Positions 46,807-55,757 of a DNA stretch of 64,000 bases are shown here, piece after piece. The DNA comes from a virus (Duplodnaviria > Caudoviricetes). Each line of letters starts with the position of its first letter. The stretch's first letter is position 1. The translations under genes and the position numbers were made by a program. The notes beneath the pieces are model-generated. The model made no database searches and had not been told where the DNA came from. It worked only from the letters and a program-made list of their open reading frames with translations. The stretch lies in the IMG/VR virus record IMGVR_UViG_3300014205_000170, positions 384,001 through 448,000 of that record. One strand, 5' to 3'.

Positions 46807-46869
46807 TTCAACGGATTAGAATACTAAACTACGGATTTAGAGATGGGGATTCGAATTCCTCCGAGGGTA
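46797..46869 (+). tRNA. tRNA-Arg(ACG)
   Basis: CTAAA-CTACGGA-TTTAG. Confidence 0.88.
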
Positions 46870-46874
46870 CAAAA

Positions 46875-46970
46875 ACAGAAATAGTTCAGTTGGTAAAACA
46901 CCCGAATCCAAGGGACCAGACCAAGTATAAACAACTTGAAGATTCGCAGGTTCGATTCCTGCTTTCTGTT
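46875..46970 (+). ncRNA. tRNA-like RNA with remodelled anticodon region
   Basis: ACAGAAA/TTTCTGT; TAGTTCAGTTGGTA D arm; GCAGG-TTCGATT-CCTGC; no canonical anticodon arm. Confidence 0.55.
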
Positions 46971-46978
46971 CTTAAAAT

Positions 46979-47051
46979 GTCCTCATAGTTCAATGGAGAA
47001 GAGCGTTCGTTTCCTAAACGAAAAATCCAGGTTCGAATCCCGGTGAGGATA
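46979..47051 (+). tRNA. tRNA-Arg(CCT)
   Basis: TTCGT-TTCCTAA-ACGAA. Confidence 0.88.
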
Positions 47052-47057
47052 CAATTG

Positions 47058-47525
47058 TTAGGTAAGATTTCTAAAAACAATTTTATTTCCCTCTCCAATT
47101 TCTCGGATAATTCCTTTCACTTTAATGTTATCAATATTTTCCCACTCTGTAATATCTTTACTTGCTGCTGGTGTTGAGTTTTTATGAAATGCTAATGTAA
47201 TATGTGGCATATCGTTTACTGAATAATATCCAAATGTTTCTACTGCAATTGCATTAGCAGATTTACCAATCGCCTTTATAATTAAAGTAACTTCTTTATT
47301 TAAGTCTCCTCTTAAATATAAACTTTCCGGAAATTCTCCGGTTTTTATTGTCATGTGAAAATTATGCGGTTTACGCCAACCTTGATTAATAGGAACGTAT
47401 TGCTGAACCAATTTTTCAATCTTAGCAATTTCAGAAGGGTCTTCAATAACCACACCAGAATAGATTACGTTCTGCTTTAGGCTTTCCATAATCATTTTCC
47501 TCACTATCTTTCTTAGATTGCTCAT
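47058..47525 (-). CDS. 2H phosphoesterase (2',3'-cyclic phosphodiesterase, tRNA-ligase CPD-like)
   Basis: Two HxT motifs: HMTI and HITL. Confidence 0.75.
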   Translation of the reverse strand: MSNLRKIVRKMIMESLKQNVIYSGVVIEDPSEIAKIEKLVQQYVPINQGWRKPHNFHMTIKTGEFPESLYLRGDLNKEVTLIIKAIGKSANAIAVETFGYYSVNDMPHITLAFHKNSTPAASKDITEWENIDNIKVKGIIREIGEGNKIVFRNLT

Positions 47526-47576
47526 ATTGTATTAAATAGGGTTTAAAAGCATCTTTTTAGAGCTATTTATCTTCAA

Positions 47577-48089
47577 ATGAAAAACATTCGAAAAGTTATA
47601 AGAAAAGAACTGTTTAAGCTTTTGGAAAATTATCCAGCAAGTACAGTTAATGACCCATCTGCTCCATGGAATCAGTCAGACCCAAAATTTTTAGAACCAA
47701 AAGTTCCAGGTAGTAATCTTTTTGTAGCAATTTATTTTAACAATGAAATTACTATTCTTAAAAATACACAAGATAATTCAAAATGGTTTTTTTACAATGA
47801 TTCAGTTGAAAAAAATGATTACTTACCATATTCCGGAGCAGAGGATGAAAGTGTTTTTTTAGGTAAAGATGATGATGGACCAATATTCGACGAAAAATAT
47901 AATTGGGAATTGAATGGTCCAATAGTTCAAGATTATATTAATGATAATTTAGAAAATTTAAGCCAAGGCGAGGGAGTAAAAGGGTATGAAGATGGAATAG
48001 ACCTTGTTAAAATAGATGAGCCTCTTATTGTAGCCTTAACTGGTTTATACCGTGACCCAAAATTACAAGAAGTTTTATTAAAGGCATAA
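47577..48089 (+). CDS. Hypothetical head-type protein
   Basis: IRKVIRKE..LLE leader; YP....DPSAPWNQ motif. Confidence 0.6.
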   Translation: MKNIRKVIRKELFKLLENYPASTVNDPSAPWNQSDPKFLEPKVPGSNLFVAIYFNNEITILKNTQDNSKWFFYNDSVEKNDYLPYSGAEDESVFLGKDDDGPIFDEKYNWELNGPIVQDYINDNLENLSQGEGVKGYEDGIDLVKIDEPLIVALTGLYRDPKLQEVLLKA

Positions 48090-48123
48090 TTGACTTTTAA
48101 CTATAAAAAGTTTTAATTTACAC

Positions 48124-48528
48124 ATGCCTATTTCATTTTTTCCTCCAACACAAAACAATAATTCTCTTGCTGATAAATGGGCATCCTCTGGATTATTAGA
48201 TGGATTACATACTACTACTAATACTAATATTGCTTCTTTATTAGAAAGCCAAGCAAGTCAACTTTTATATTACGAAGAACCTGAAAATATATATACACGA
48301 ATAGTTATTTTTGAAAAGTATAAAAAATATAAAGTATATAGAAATTCTAATTCTAGTTTTGAAAGTGTAGGCATACCAATGGTTAGAAGAGTTTTTTCTC
48401 AAATGATTGCTCAAGACCTCGTATCCGTACAACCACTAGCAGCACCAACCGGTACTTTATTTTTTTTCGATGAAATCGAACGCGAAAACGTGTATAAGAA
48501 AAGGGTATTAATTGAAAAGGATATTTAA
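48124..48528 (+). CDS. Truncated major-capsid (gp23-like) N-terminal fragment protein
   Basis: KW..SGLLDGL....NIASLLESQA and IPMVRRVF...IAQDLVSVQPL..PTGTLF.FD match gp23-type N-termini; only 134 aa. Confidence 0.7.
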   Translation: MPISFFPPTQNNNSLADKWASSGLLDGLHTTTNTNIASLLESQASQLLYYEEPENIYTRIVIFEKYKKYKVYRNSNSSFESVGIPMVRRVFSQMIAQDLVSVQPLAAPTGTLFFFDEIERENVYKKRVLIEKDI

Positions 48529-48729
48529 ATGATAACACCACAAATAAATTTTGGTTTAGATTGGAAATATAATCTATGGGGACACCAAACTAATGTTTAT
48601 TCTAGAATTGTTATTGTAGAAAAGATTAAAAAGAATATCTTTATATCTCCTGGTGTTTACACTATAGAACTTGATGTAGATTATATTGATGCTACTATGT
48701 ATAATGTATTTATTGATTTTGAGCAATGA
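48529..48729 (+). CDS. Small protein containing tail-sheath N-terminal motif
   Basis: FISPGVYTIELD; preceded by RIVIVEK. Confidence 0.55.
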   Translation: MITPQINFGLDWKYNLWGHQTNVYSRIVIVEKIKKNIFISPGVYTIELDVDYIDATMYNVFIDFEQ

Positions 48730-48968
48730 TAAAATCTTTGGCTAAAAATATACTTCAATCTCAGTTGATAAATCTTCTTGGAAAAGAATTTGAAATCAGC
48801 AGTATTAGTGATATGTATATCACTAATCATGATGAACATACTAGATATGTGATTATGGAAAAGTATCCTGAAAAAGAAAATGGTAATTCAATCATCAATG
48901 TTAATGTTGAAATAAAAAGACCAGCAACTTATATAAAAACTTCTTTTCAAATAGAACAAATTGATTAA
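48726..48968 (+). CDS. Small protein with weak tail-sheath C-terminal resemblance
   Basis: INVNVEIKRPATYIKTSFQI; RYVIMEK. Confidence 0.4.
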   Translation: MIKSLAKNILQSQLINLLGKEFEISSISDMYITNHDEHTRYVIMEKYPEKENGNSIINVNVEIKRPATYIKTSFQIEQID

Positions 48969-49363
48969 TGCTACGACTAGGAAAGCCTATAACAATTGCA
49001 ACACAAATAGTTGAAACTACTGCCTCAATTATCTTTAAAAATGAAGAAATTATTATAACAAAAATTGATGAGAAATCATTTGGTCACTTTTTTAAAAAAC
49101 GTACAATTCAGAATGAACATGTGTGGTCGATATATTATTTAGAAGATTATGAGTATTTTAATTTATCAAGAACGCGAACAATATTAATTGAAAAATATCA
49201 AAAAAAAGGTCATTTATATTGGCATTATGACTTTTATGAACCGGTTCAACTCATAGGTAAAGGTTCTGAATTGGATGGATATGAAGAAATGTTTAGTGAA
49301 TTATTAGAAAGAAACAGCATTTTTACTCCGGAAACCACTTTAATTCTAAAAAGAACTTTATAA
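48968..49363 (+). CDS. Hypothetical protein with RTILIEK motif
   Basis: Translationally coupled to the previous ORFs. Confidence 0.5.
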   Translation: MLRLGKPITIATQIVETTASIIFKNEEIIITKIDEKSFGHFFKKRTIQNEHVWSIYYLEDYEYFNLSRTRTILIEKYQKKGHLYWHYDFYEPVQLIGKGSELDGYEEMFSELLERNSIFTPETTLILKRTL

Positions 49364-49392
49364 TACTCTGTAAATAAGGATTTTACGTATTT

Positions 49393-49417
49393 GTAACAAA
49401 TTAAAGATATTTACGTT
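49393..49417 (+). promoter_or_regulatory. ECF-sigma-type promoter GTAAC-N16-CGTT
   Basis: Exact 16-nt spacer upstream of ORF 49430. Confidence 0.55.
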
Positions 49418-49429
49418 AAAGTAATAAGG

Positions 49430-49861
49430 ATGAAATTTATTCACGTCATAACGAACCACACCCCTGAAGAAATGGACCAAATCGTTTCTCAGTTTGATAA
49501 GATTTCTTATGAGCTAATGGTTGATTTCTATAAGAGCTTTAGTTATGTGGAATATGTCACGGAAAGTGGCCATATGGCCATGTATGCCCTTATTAGAGAA
49601 CATTCTATAGAAAAGCTATTACAAGAATATATCAAATGGGAAGTTGATTTCTCATATGCAGACATTACAAAGCCGGTATTATTTAGTAAGCTTAAACCTC
49701 AGATAAACAACGAACAAGATAATCTTCAATTACAAGGTATTGTTGAAGGGTTTTTAGAAGATTTTGTAGATATTGATATGGTCCTTGACAAAATCAGCGA
49801 AGATAAAGGCATGCAAACCTTAACAGAACACGAAAAAAGGATTTTACACCCAACCTTATAA
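49430..49861 (+). CDS. Hypothetical protein (C-terminal D..LDKI...G...LT..EK..L motif)
   Basis: ORF followed by a bidirectional terminator at about 49866-49897. Confidence 0.6.
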   Translation: MKFIHVITNHTPEEMDQIVSQFDKISYELMVDFYKSFSYVEYVTESGHMAMYALIREHSIEKLLQEYIKWEVDFSYADITKPVLFSKLKPQINNEQDNLQLQGIVEGFLEDFVDIDMVLDKISEDKGMQTLTEHEKRILHPTL

Positions 49862-49940
49862 AAGCAAAAAACCTACTTTTTTAGAGTAGGTTTTTTTGTG
49901 CTCATACTTATTGCGAATCAGTACAAACGTCGTAGGAATA

Positions 49941-50396
49941 TTATTCTCCAGCAGTTCCCATAGAGAAGGCACCTTGACCTCCCATTTTACTTGCTAGTCT
50001 ATCAAATGCTTTTGTTTGAGCATTCCAGTTTGCATTTTTACCATTACCGGCTAAAATTGCTAGACCACCATTTGCCATCATAAAATTGATTAATGCAGTC
50101 TTTAATGTATTTACATCAGTTCCTAATTGTTTTGCAGTATTAGCAATAGTTTTAGCATATGTTTGATTAAATGCTTGCTCTGCTTTTTGCTGATTCCACT
50201 TAGTACCCATGAATTGTCCTAATTTGTTACCAAGACCAAAAACTTCTTCAAGTTCATCAACTTCATACATCTCATTCAATTGAGATACAATTTGGTTTTT
50301 TCTATCTTCAAGTTCTTTAATCTTTTTGAATTTTTTTACTTCTTCATTAATAAGATTAGAAATTTGTGATTTTGTTATTTTAACGGTCTTGCTCAT
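49941..50396 (-). CDS. Head-type protein with KITKSQISNLINEEV leader
   Basis: Shared N-terminal motif. Confidence 0.6.
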   Translation of the reverse strand: MSKTVKITKSQISNLINEEVKKFKKIKELEDRKNQIVSQLNEMYEVDELEEVFGLGNKLGQFMGTKWNQQKAEQAFNQTYAKTIANTAKQLGTDVNTLKTALINFMMANGGLAILAGNGKNANWNAQTKAFDRLASKMGGQGAFSMGTAGE

Positions 50397-50455
50397 TTTT
50401 ATATGTTTTTTAATAAATACACGGAAAATTCTTTTATTCCGAGATTAGGTTTAAA

Positions 50456-50602
50456 TTAATTTTCCTTTGAAAGATTTTCTAAATCAGATAAAATTTTAGC
50501 TTTTTTTCCCTCTAAACACAATTTCTTTTTAAATTTTTTAGCTTCTTTTGAGATAATTTTTTTCAAATCTTCTACAGATATTTTAGTTACTTTTTCTTCC
50601 AT
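50456..50602 (-). CDS. 48-aa protein consisting only of the shared head-type leader (not in ORF track)
   Basis: MEEKVTKISVEDLKKIISKEAKKFKKKLCLEGKKAKILSDLENLSKEN. Confidence 0.55.
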   Translation of the reverse strand: MEEKVTKISVEDLKKIISKEAKKFKKKLCLEGKKAKILSDLENLSKEN

Positions 50603-50622
50603 TTGAATGTTTAATATAAATA

Positions 50623-51267
50623 ATGAGTAAAAAACTAATTTCTGTTCACATTTTTGAATTTTCAGCTATTTTTAAACTTCTAGATACATATTTATCTCTA
50701 ATGAAAGAAAATTCTCAAGAAAAACTTATACGTACTATTATAGTATCAAACAAAAAGGATGTATTTCGAATTCATGTTTTTGAAAAATCATTGAAATTTG
50801 ACCCTCGTTTTGCTTATGGCTTAAGTAAGAATGATACTATATATCAGATGGTGTTAGATATTGAAAAAATGTGGATAGAGAAGAAAATCGAACTATCCAA
50901 CATTTTTGATATGATGATTGATGTAGTAGGGAAACACGAGAGTTATTTAGAGCAATTTTATTTAAAACCTGAAGAGTTGAATTTTAATGGTCAATTGTCA
51001 CATTTAATTTCTTACTCATCAGTTGATGATAAAAAATACGTTTATTTCATGTGTCGAAAAAACAAACATAAATTGAAGAAAATTACTAGAGAAGAGTTTG
51101 AAAAAAACATGAAAAACGAAGAGGTGGCTAAGTCATATGTGAATAATTATTCGATGAAAAATGCTACTTTTTACAATTATAGAATGTCTGGCATTAGAGA
51201 TAATGGCAGAAATTGCTACCTTATGGTAGTTGGAGATAATTTAAAAGTCGGTTTTGTTAAGAACTAA
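50623..51267 (+). CDS. Hypothetical protein (start probably 50701)
   Basis: ORF. Confidence 0.55.
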   Translation: MSKKLISVHIFEFSAIFKLLDTYLSLMKENSQEKLIRTIIVSNKKDVFRIHVFEKSLKFDPRFAYGLSKNDTIYQMVLDIEKMWIEKKIELSNIFDMMIDVVGKHESYLEQFYLKPEELNFNGQLSHLISYSSVDDKKYVYFMCRKNKHKLKKITREEFEKNMKNEEVAKSYVNNYSMKNATFYNYRMSGIRDNGRNCYLMVVGDNLKVGFVKN

Positions 51268-51303
51268 AAATTCATTATATTTGAATGGTCAATATTTTGA
51301 ATA

Positions 51304-51786
51304 ATGAAACCATTTAAATTAATTCCTTCATTTTCCTTTTCTGAAAAAGATTTTAAAGAATCTATATCTAAAGAACATTGGGATGACATTCGACAAAAAG
51401 CACATCAAAACAGCTTTGATTGTTATGGATGTAATTACTCTTCTGATAACAAAGAATCTTTACAACTACATTTACATTGGTACGACGGTATTGATAAAGA
51501 CACTGCTGAATTTGTATTATTATGTAAGGCTTGTCATGCTGTTAAACACTTCGATATCGCCGTAGAAAATGGTTGGGTTGTATTGGTTAATTCTGTTTAT
51601 TCTCAAGAAGAATTAATTAAGAGAAATCGAAGCGCAAAAACTATAAAAAAAGATATAGAAGAGCATAAAATAATACTTCTAAAAAAGCATCCTTTAGACT
51701 ATTTAAATGAACTTAAAGAAAGCGAATTTAATAGAAGTGAAAAAATAAAGTTGCTTTTTGGAAATAAGTTTTCCTGGTCTAAATAA
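51304..51786 (+). CDS. HNH-like zinc-binding protein
   Basis: W..IR...CYGC...LHLH...LLCKACHAVKH. Confidence 0.65.
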   Translation: MKPFKLIPSFSFSEKDFKESISKEHWDDIRQKAHQNSFDCYGCNYSSDNKESLQLHLHWYDGIDKDTAEFVLLCKACHAVKHFDIAVENGWVVLVNSVYSQEELIKRNRSAKTIKKDIEEHKIILLKKHPLDYLNELKESEFNRSEKIKLLFGNKFSWSK

Positions 51787-51838
51787 TAAAACCTAAATTT
51801 CCCTTTTTCTATCCTATTTATTTCAAAAACATAGGATA

Positions 51839-52612
51839 ATGGCAACTATTAAAAAAATCACCCCAAAAGAATTCAGAGAAATGGTTCTTGCAGAAGCAAA
51901 AGCTATTAAGAAAAAATTATATGAAGAAGAAGCATATAAAACTCTTGAAGACCCAATTGAACAAGATATGAATCAAAACGATGGTTTAGAAGATTCAGAT
52001 AAAGCATTAGTATTTAAAAATGCTGATAAAACAGAAACCAAAAAAGGAAAAGCTAACAAAACGGCTCCAGCGGATGTTAAAATGAATGCAAATGCTAAAG
52101 ACGGTGGTAGTGATGAAAAAGCTGCTACTGCTGTTGAAGTAAAAGCAGGTGCTGAAAAAGGTGGAAAGGGCGTAACTGCCGGTCAAGCTAAAGCTAATTT
52201 TCAATCAAAAGAAGGTAATCCTAAAAAAGAAGTTTCTCAACCATTTGTTGAAAAAAGTGAAGAGAAAATGAATACTATGGATTCTCTTACTGATAAAGAA
52301 ACTAAAACTTATGTTGAAGCAGGTGCTGAAAAAGGTGGAAAAGGCGTAACAGCTGGACAACACAAAGCAGTTGTTAAAGAGAAAGCTCCAGAAACCAAAG
52401 ATAAAGAACCTATCACTAAAGGTATCCAAACTGACCAAGGAAACTCTAATAAAGAAGGCGAAACTAAAGATGCTCCTAAAGTAAACTTAAAAGAAAGTTA
52501 TACTAAGAAAGAATTAATTGAAACAATTAAGAGAGAAGCAGCTAAAATAGCTAAAAAAGCTATGTTACAAGAAGAATTAAAAAGAATCGACGACGAGCTC
52601 TCAAAACTCTAA
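51839..52612 (+). CDS. Probable prohead scaffold/core-type protein
   Basis: K/E/A-rich; repeated AGAEKGGKGVTAGQ; leader motif at both ends. Confidence 0.5.
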   Translation: MATIKKITPKEFREMVLAEAKAIKKKLYEEEAYKTLEDPIEQDMNQNDGLEDSDKALVFKNADKTETKKGKANKTAPADVKMNANAKDGGSDEKAATAVEVKAGAEKGGKGVTAGQAKANFQSKEGNPKKEVSQPFVEKSEEKMNTMDSLTDKETKTYVEAGAEKGGKGVTAGQHKAVVKEKAPETKDKEPITKGIQTDQGNSNKEGETKDAPKVNLKESYTKKELIETIKREAAKIAKKAMLQEELKRIDDELSKL

Positions 52613-52714
52613 TTTTCATTCTTAATTTTAAGAAATCCGGCAAATTATAAAATTTGTCGGATTTTTTGCTTTTAAAAAAGTTAAAATATATATTTGAATT
52701 ATCAATTAAACAAA

Positions 52715-54778
52715 ATGAAGCAATTAATAACCAAAGAAGAAATTTCTAAAAATTTTACCTTTCATTACGATGATGAAAAAAACGGATGTGATTTGTTTTT
52801 TTGCAGATGCGGCTCTGTTATAACAACAGATAGAAAAACAACTGCAACTGAAATGAAAATCAGCGTAAGAAATGGACAAGACATTTCAGATATCACAAAT
52901 CTTTTTGACGAAAATGCGTTAACGCGTATTGCTGTATCTTGCAAAGATTGTAAAACAGATTATTCATTAAAAGAAAATTATGGTTTAATTCAAGAGACAA
53001 ATAAACAATTTTTTGAATCTTATTTCTTTGAAGAAACGGATACTTACATTAAAATAATCAAGCAAAGATTTTTAGGAGCGGTTTCTTTTAAAGAAAAGCG
53101 TTCAATGTTAGTTGTGTCTTCTGAAGGTGAACCTTTTTTAGAAGTTCAAGAGGCTATATCTTATATTAAATTCAATAAAGCAGATAAAAAATTATTCTTT
53201 AAGGATTTCACAACAGAAGAACAGGAGTTTAATTTAGATAAGGTTATGTCTAATTCAAAAAAGTTTTTCTTAAATGGAGAATCTAAAATAACAGATAGAT
53301 TATTTGAAGTACACCTATTTTTAAATAGAATCGCAAATTTCGTTTCTGATTCACGTAATATTAATATTATCGATGAATTAATGAGTCAAATGGTAGGTAA
53401 ATCTGGACTTGATATTATTACTAAAGTAGCATCAATATTTTTGGGTATTATATGCTATTCTAATCTATCAACTATTGCCCTTACGAAGGGTACTGTCTTT
53501 TTGTTTGATATGATGAATGATTGTACTTTACCTAATCCACAAGAATTATCTGATAATGAAGCAACTTCTCCGATAAAAATATTTAATTATTTAGTTAACT
53601 ATAAAAATGAAGAAATTAGTAAAGAATTAGATTCTTATGACCAACAAAAAACAGGTTATGCATTTATAACTAAAAGTGGTAAAGAAATTAATTTAAACTA
53701 TAAAGCATCCAGATTTGATAAAGAAAAACAAACTTCAAGCAATAAAACTGGAGACATATTTTTAAGAGAAGACATTACAAAGAAAAGTGTTTCTCCTTAT
53801 ATATTCAATAGTATACAAAATTTTGCTGATTATAAAACAATAATAAAATATACCAAATTCGTATCTTATGATAATGTTATTGATATTGTAAAAAAACACA
53901 ATATTAATTTATTAATTTATTTGTTTTCAAGTATTGAGTTTAGAGCTGACATGAATTATAAGAAATTAAATCAAATCATTCATTTGGCAACTAGTTATTT
54001 AGAGAGAAGAAGAAAAATACAAACTCACAAACATGTTTCTGATTTAAAATTTACTAGAGACAAATTTGCAATAAAAGAAATAGAAAGCTCAGAAGTACAA
54101 TCGGAAATAGAAATTCCTTTAGATTATTATTCATTAGTTAATTTTGATTTCACTTCATACGATGATAGTTTACGAATGATTCGTTCTTTAACTTGGGACC
54201 CAGATAAAGAATTTTATAAAATTAAAAAAATAGATGAACTAGAGTTATATCACAATAAACTTACAGAGCATTTTAACTTATTATCAAATGATAACAAAAA
54301 TAAAGATTTTGTTTCTTTCGTTAAAAAATATACTATACTTGAAGAATACGAAGGTAAGTTAGCGGTAAAATTAATTAAGACTCCTGAACTACTTTTAAAA
54401 TATGCTAATGACATGAAAAATTGTGCTGGTTCTTATGTAAACCGTGTTTCAAATGGACAATATGTATTGTGTATGGTAAGTGATATTGATGAAGAAAGAA
54501 CTAAAATAGACCCTGAACTTTATATGTTGGGATTAACAGCTAACAAATATGGTGAGTTAGAATTTGACCAAATAAAAGCAGCTTGTAATGTACAAGGTTC
54601 AGATAGGTTTAAAAAGAATGTAATGGATTTCTTACAAGAAAAAGAAATACCTTATAGAGAACTTGCTGATTTACGATTATCTACCAGTCGTGGCACTTCA
54701 GCAGAATTTATTAATAATCTTGCAAACGATGATTTAATTAACTTGTTACGAAACAATCCAAGACTTAATCAAATTTAA
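52715..54778 (+). CDS. PcfJ-like domain protein with N-terminal zinc ribbon
   Basis: CRCG...C..C; L...ANDMKNCAGSY...Q..AACN. Confidence 0.65.
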   Translation: MKQLITKEEISKNFTFHYDDEKNGCDLFFCRCGSVITTDRKTTATEMKISVRNGQDISDITNLFDENALTRIAVSCKDCKTDYSLKENYGLIQETNKQFFESYFFEETDTYIKIIKQRFLGAVSFKEKRSMLVVSSEGEPFLEVQEAISYIKFNKADKKLFFKDFTTEEQEFNLDKVMSNSKKFFLNGESKITDRLFEVHLFLNRIANFVSDSRNINIIDELMSQMVGKSGLDIITKVASIFLGIICYSNLSTIALTKGTVFLFDMMNDCTLPNPQELSDNEATSPIKIFNYLVNYKNEEISKELDSYDQQKTGYAFITKSGKEINLNYKASRFDKEKQTSSNKTGDIFLREDITKKSVSPYIFNSIQNFADYKTIIKYTKFVSYDNVIDIVKKHNINLLIYLFSSIEFRADMNYKKLNQIIHLATSYLERRRKIQTHKHVSDLKFTRDKFAIKEIESSEVQSEIEIPLDYYSLVNFDFTSYDDSLRMIRSLTWDPDKEFYKIKKIDELELYHNKLTEHFNLLSNDNKNKDFVSFVKKYTILEEYEGKLAVKLIKTPELLLKYANDMKNCAGSYVNRVSNGQYVLCMVSDIDEERTKIDPELYMLGLTANKYGELEFDQIKAACNVQGSDRFKKNVMDFLQEKEIPYRELADLRLSTSRGTSAEFINNLANDDLINLLRNNPRLNQI

Positions 54779-55698
54779 GGAGCAAACGGATTGTCGTTTG
54801 TAGTATTTTCGATGTATTGATTTGGCACAAGAACCATGTTGATGGGTTGGTCTGCAAATTCTTCTCCAGCAAAATTAGCTACATTCCCATTAAAAATTAA
54901 ATCATTTAAGGGCGCAAATCTCTCTTGTATTGCTTGTATATATTTATTTGGCAACGTAATGTCTGCTTTTTTCCATTTTATTTCACCTTCCTTAATTTGG
55001 TGTAAAAACTTATAATTATAAGTACCATCCCACTCAAAGGTCGTTTGTTTAATATTTTGTAAATCGTACTTAAAGTGTTCTTTTTCTCCAATAAAATCAT
55101 GAATTGCATTCATAACAAATTGTGTGTTATTGGTCAAATCAAAATATTTTACAAATAATATTCTTGAAAGATTTCTATTTTCGATTGCATCTTTAAGTGC
55201 CACTAATGGAAATCCTACTATTCCATCTTCGTTTGTATAAACACCAATTCTACGGTCAAGTGTTGCGAAAGCTCCTGGGATTGATTGTTCATCAGCATTT
55301 TCCAATAAAAGTGTTTTTTGATACTGAGCTTCAATGGAGCCAATAATTTCTACTGGGTCTCTATAACACCAAATTATTTTAGATTCTTGGTTTGATAATA
55401 CATTATCTAATAATGGTAAATTATTTACCCATGCTCTACTTTTATCAAAAACAATTTTTTTATCATTAAAATATCCATCTAAAAATCCTTTAAGTCCACT
55501 CCTGAAATTTTCATAAGTTTCTATTCTGTCTTGAGCTTTAAAGGTTGGGTTATGAGAAAAAGTGCTCCTCATATTTTTAAGCATATCAATTATTCCAGAA
55601 GTTGGAGTAACGTGAAAATTAGGATTAGAATTTAAGATTTGACACAACAAAGTACTGCCAGCTCTTGGCAAACCACTTACTATATTGAATTTTTCCAT
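54775..55698 (-). CDS. Sulfotransferase family protein
   Basis: 5'-PSB SGLPRAGSTLL; DKSR.W; 3'-PB RDP.EI..S; V.Y.DL. Confidence 0.85.
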   Translation of the reverse strand: MEKFNIVSGLPRAGSTLLCQILNSNPNFHVTPTSGIIDMLKNMRSTFSHNPTFKAQDRIETYENFRSGLKGFLDGYFNDKKIVFDKSRAWVNNLPLLDNVLSNQESKIIWCYRDPVEIIGSIEAQYQKTLLLENADEQSIPGAFATLDRRIGVYTNEDGIVGFPLVALKDAIENRNLSRILFVKYFDLTNNTQFVMNAIHDFIGEKEHFKYDLQNIKQTTFEWDGTYNYKFLHQIKEGEIKWKKADITLPNKYIQAIQERFAPLNDLIFNGNVANFAGEEFADQPINMVLVPNQYIENTTNDNPFAP

Positions 55699-55757
55699 GA
55701 TATTATTTTATACAAACATAAGGTTTAGTATAAAAAAATAAAGTTTAAAACTGTTTT

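Noticed and set aside
48124-48528. The phage's real major capsid gene broken by frameshifts
   Set aside because: Downstream frames do not continue gp23 sequence; they are separate ORFs sharing the EK motif.
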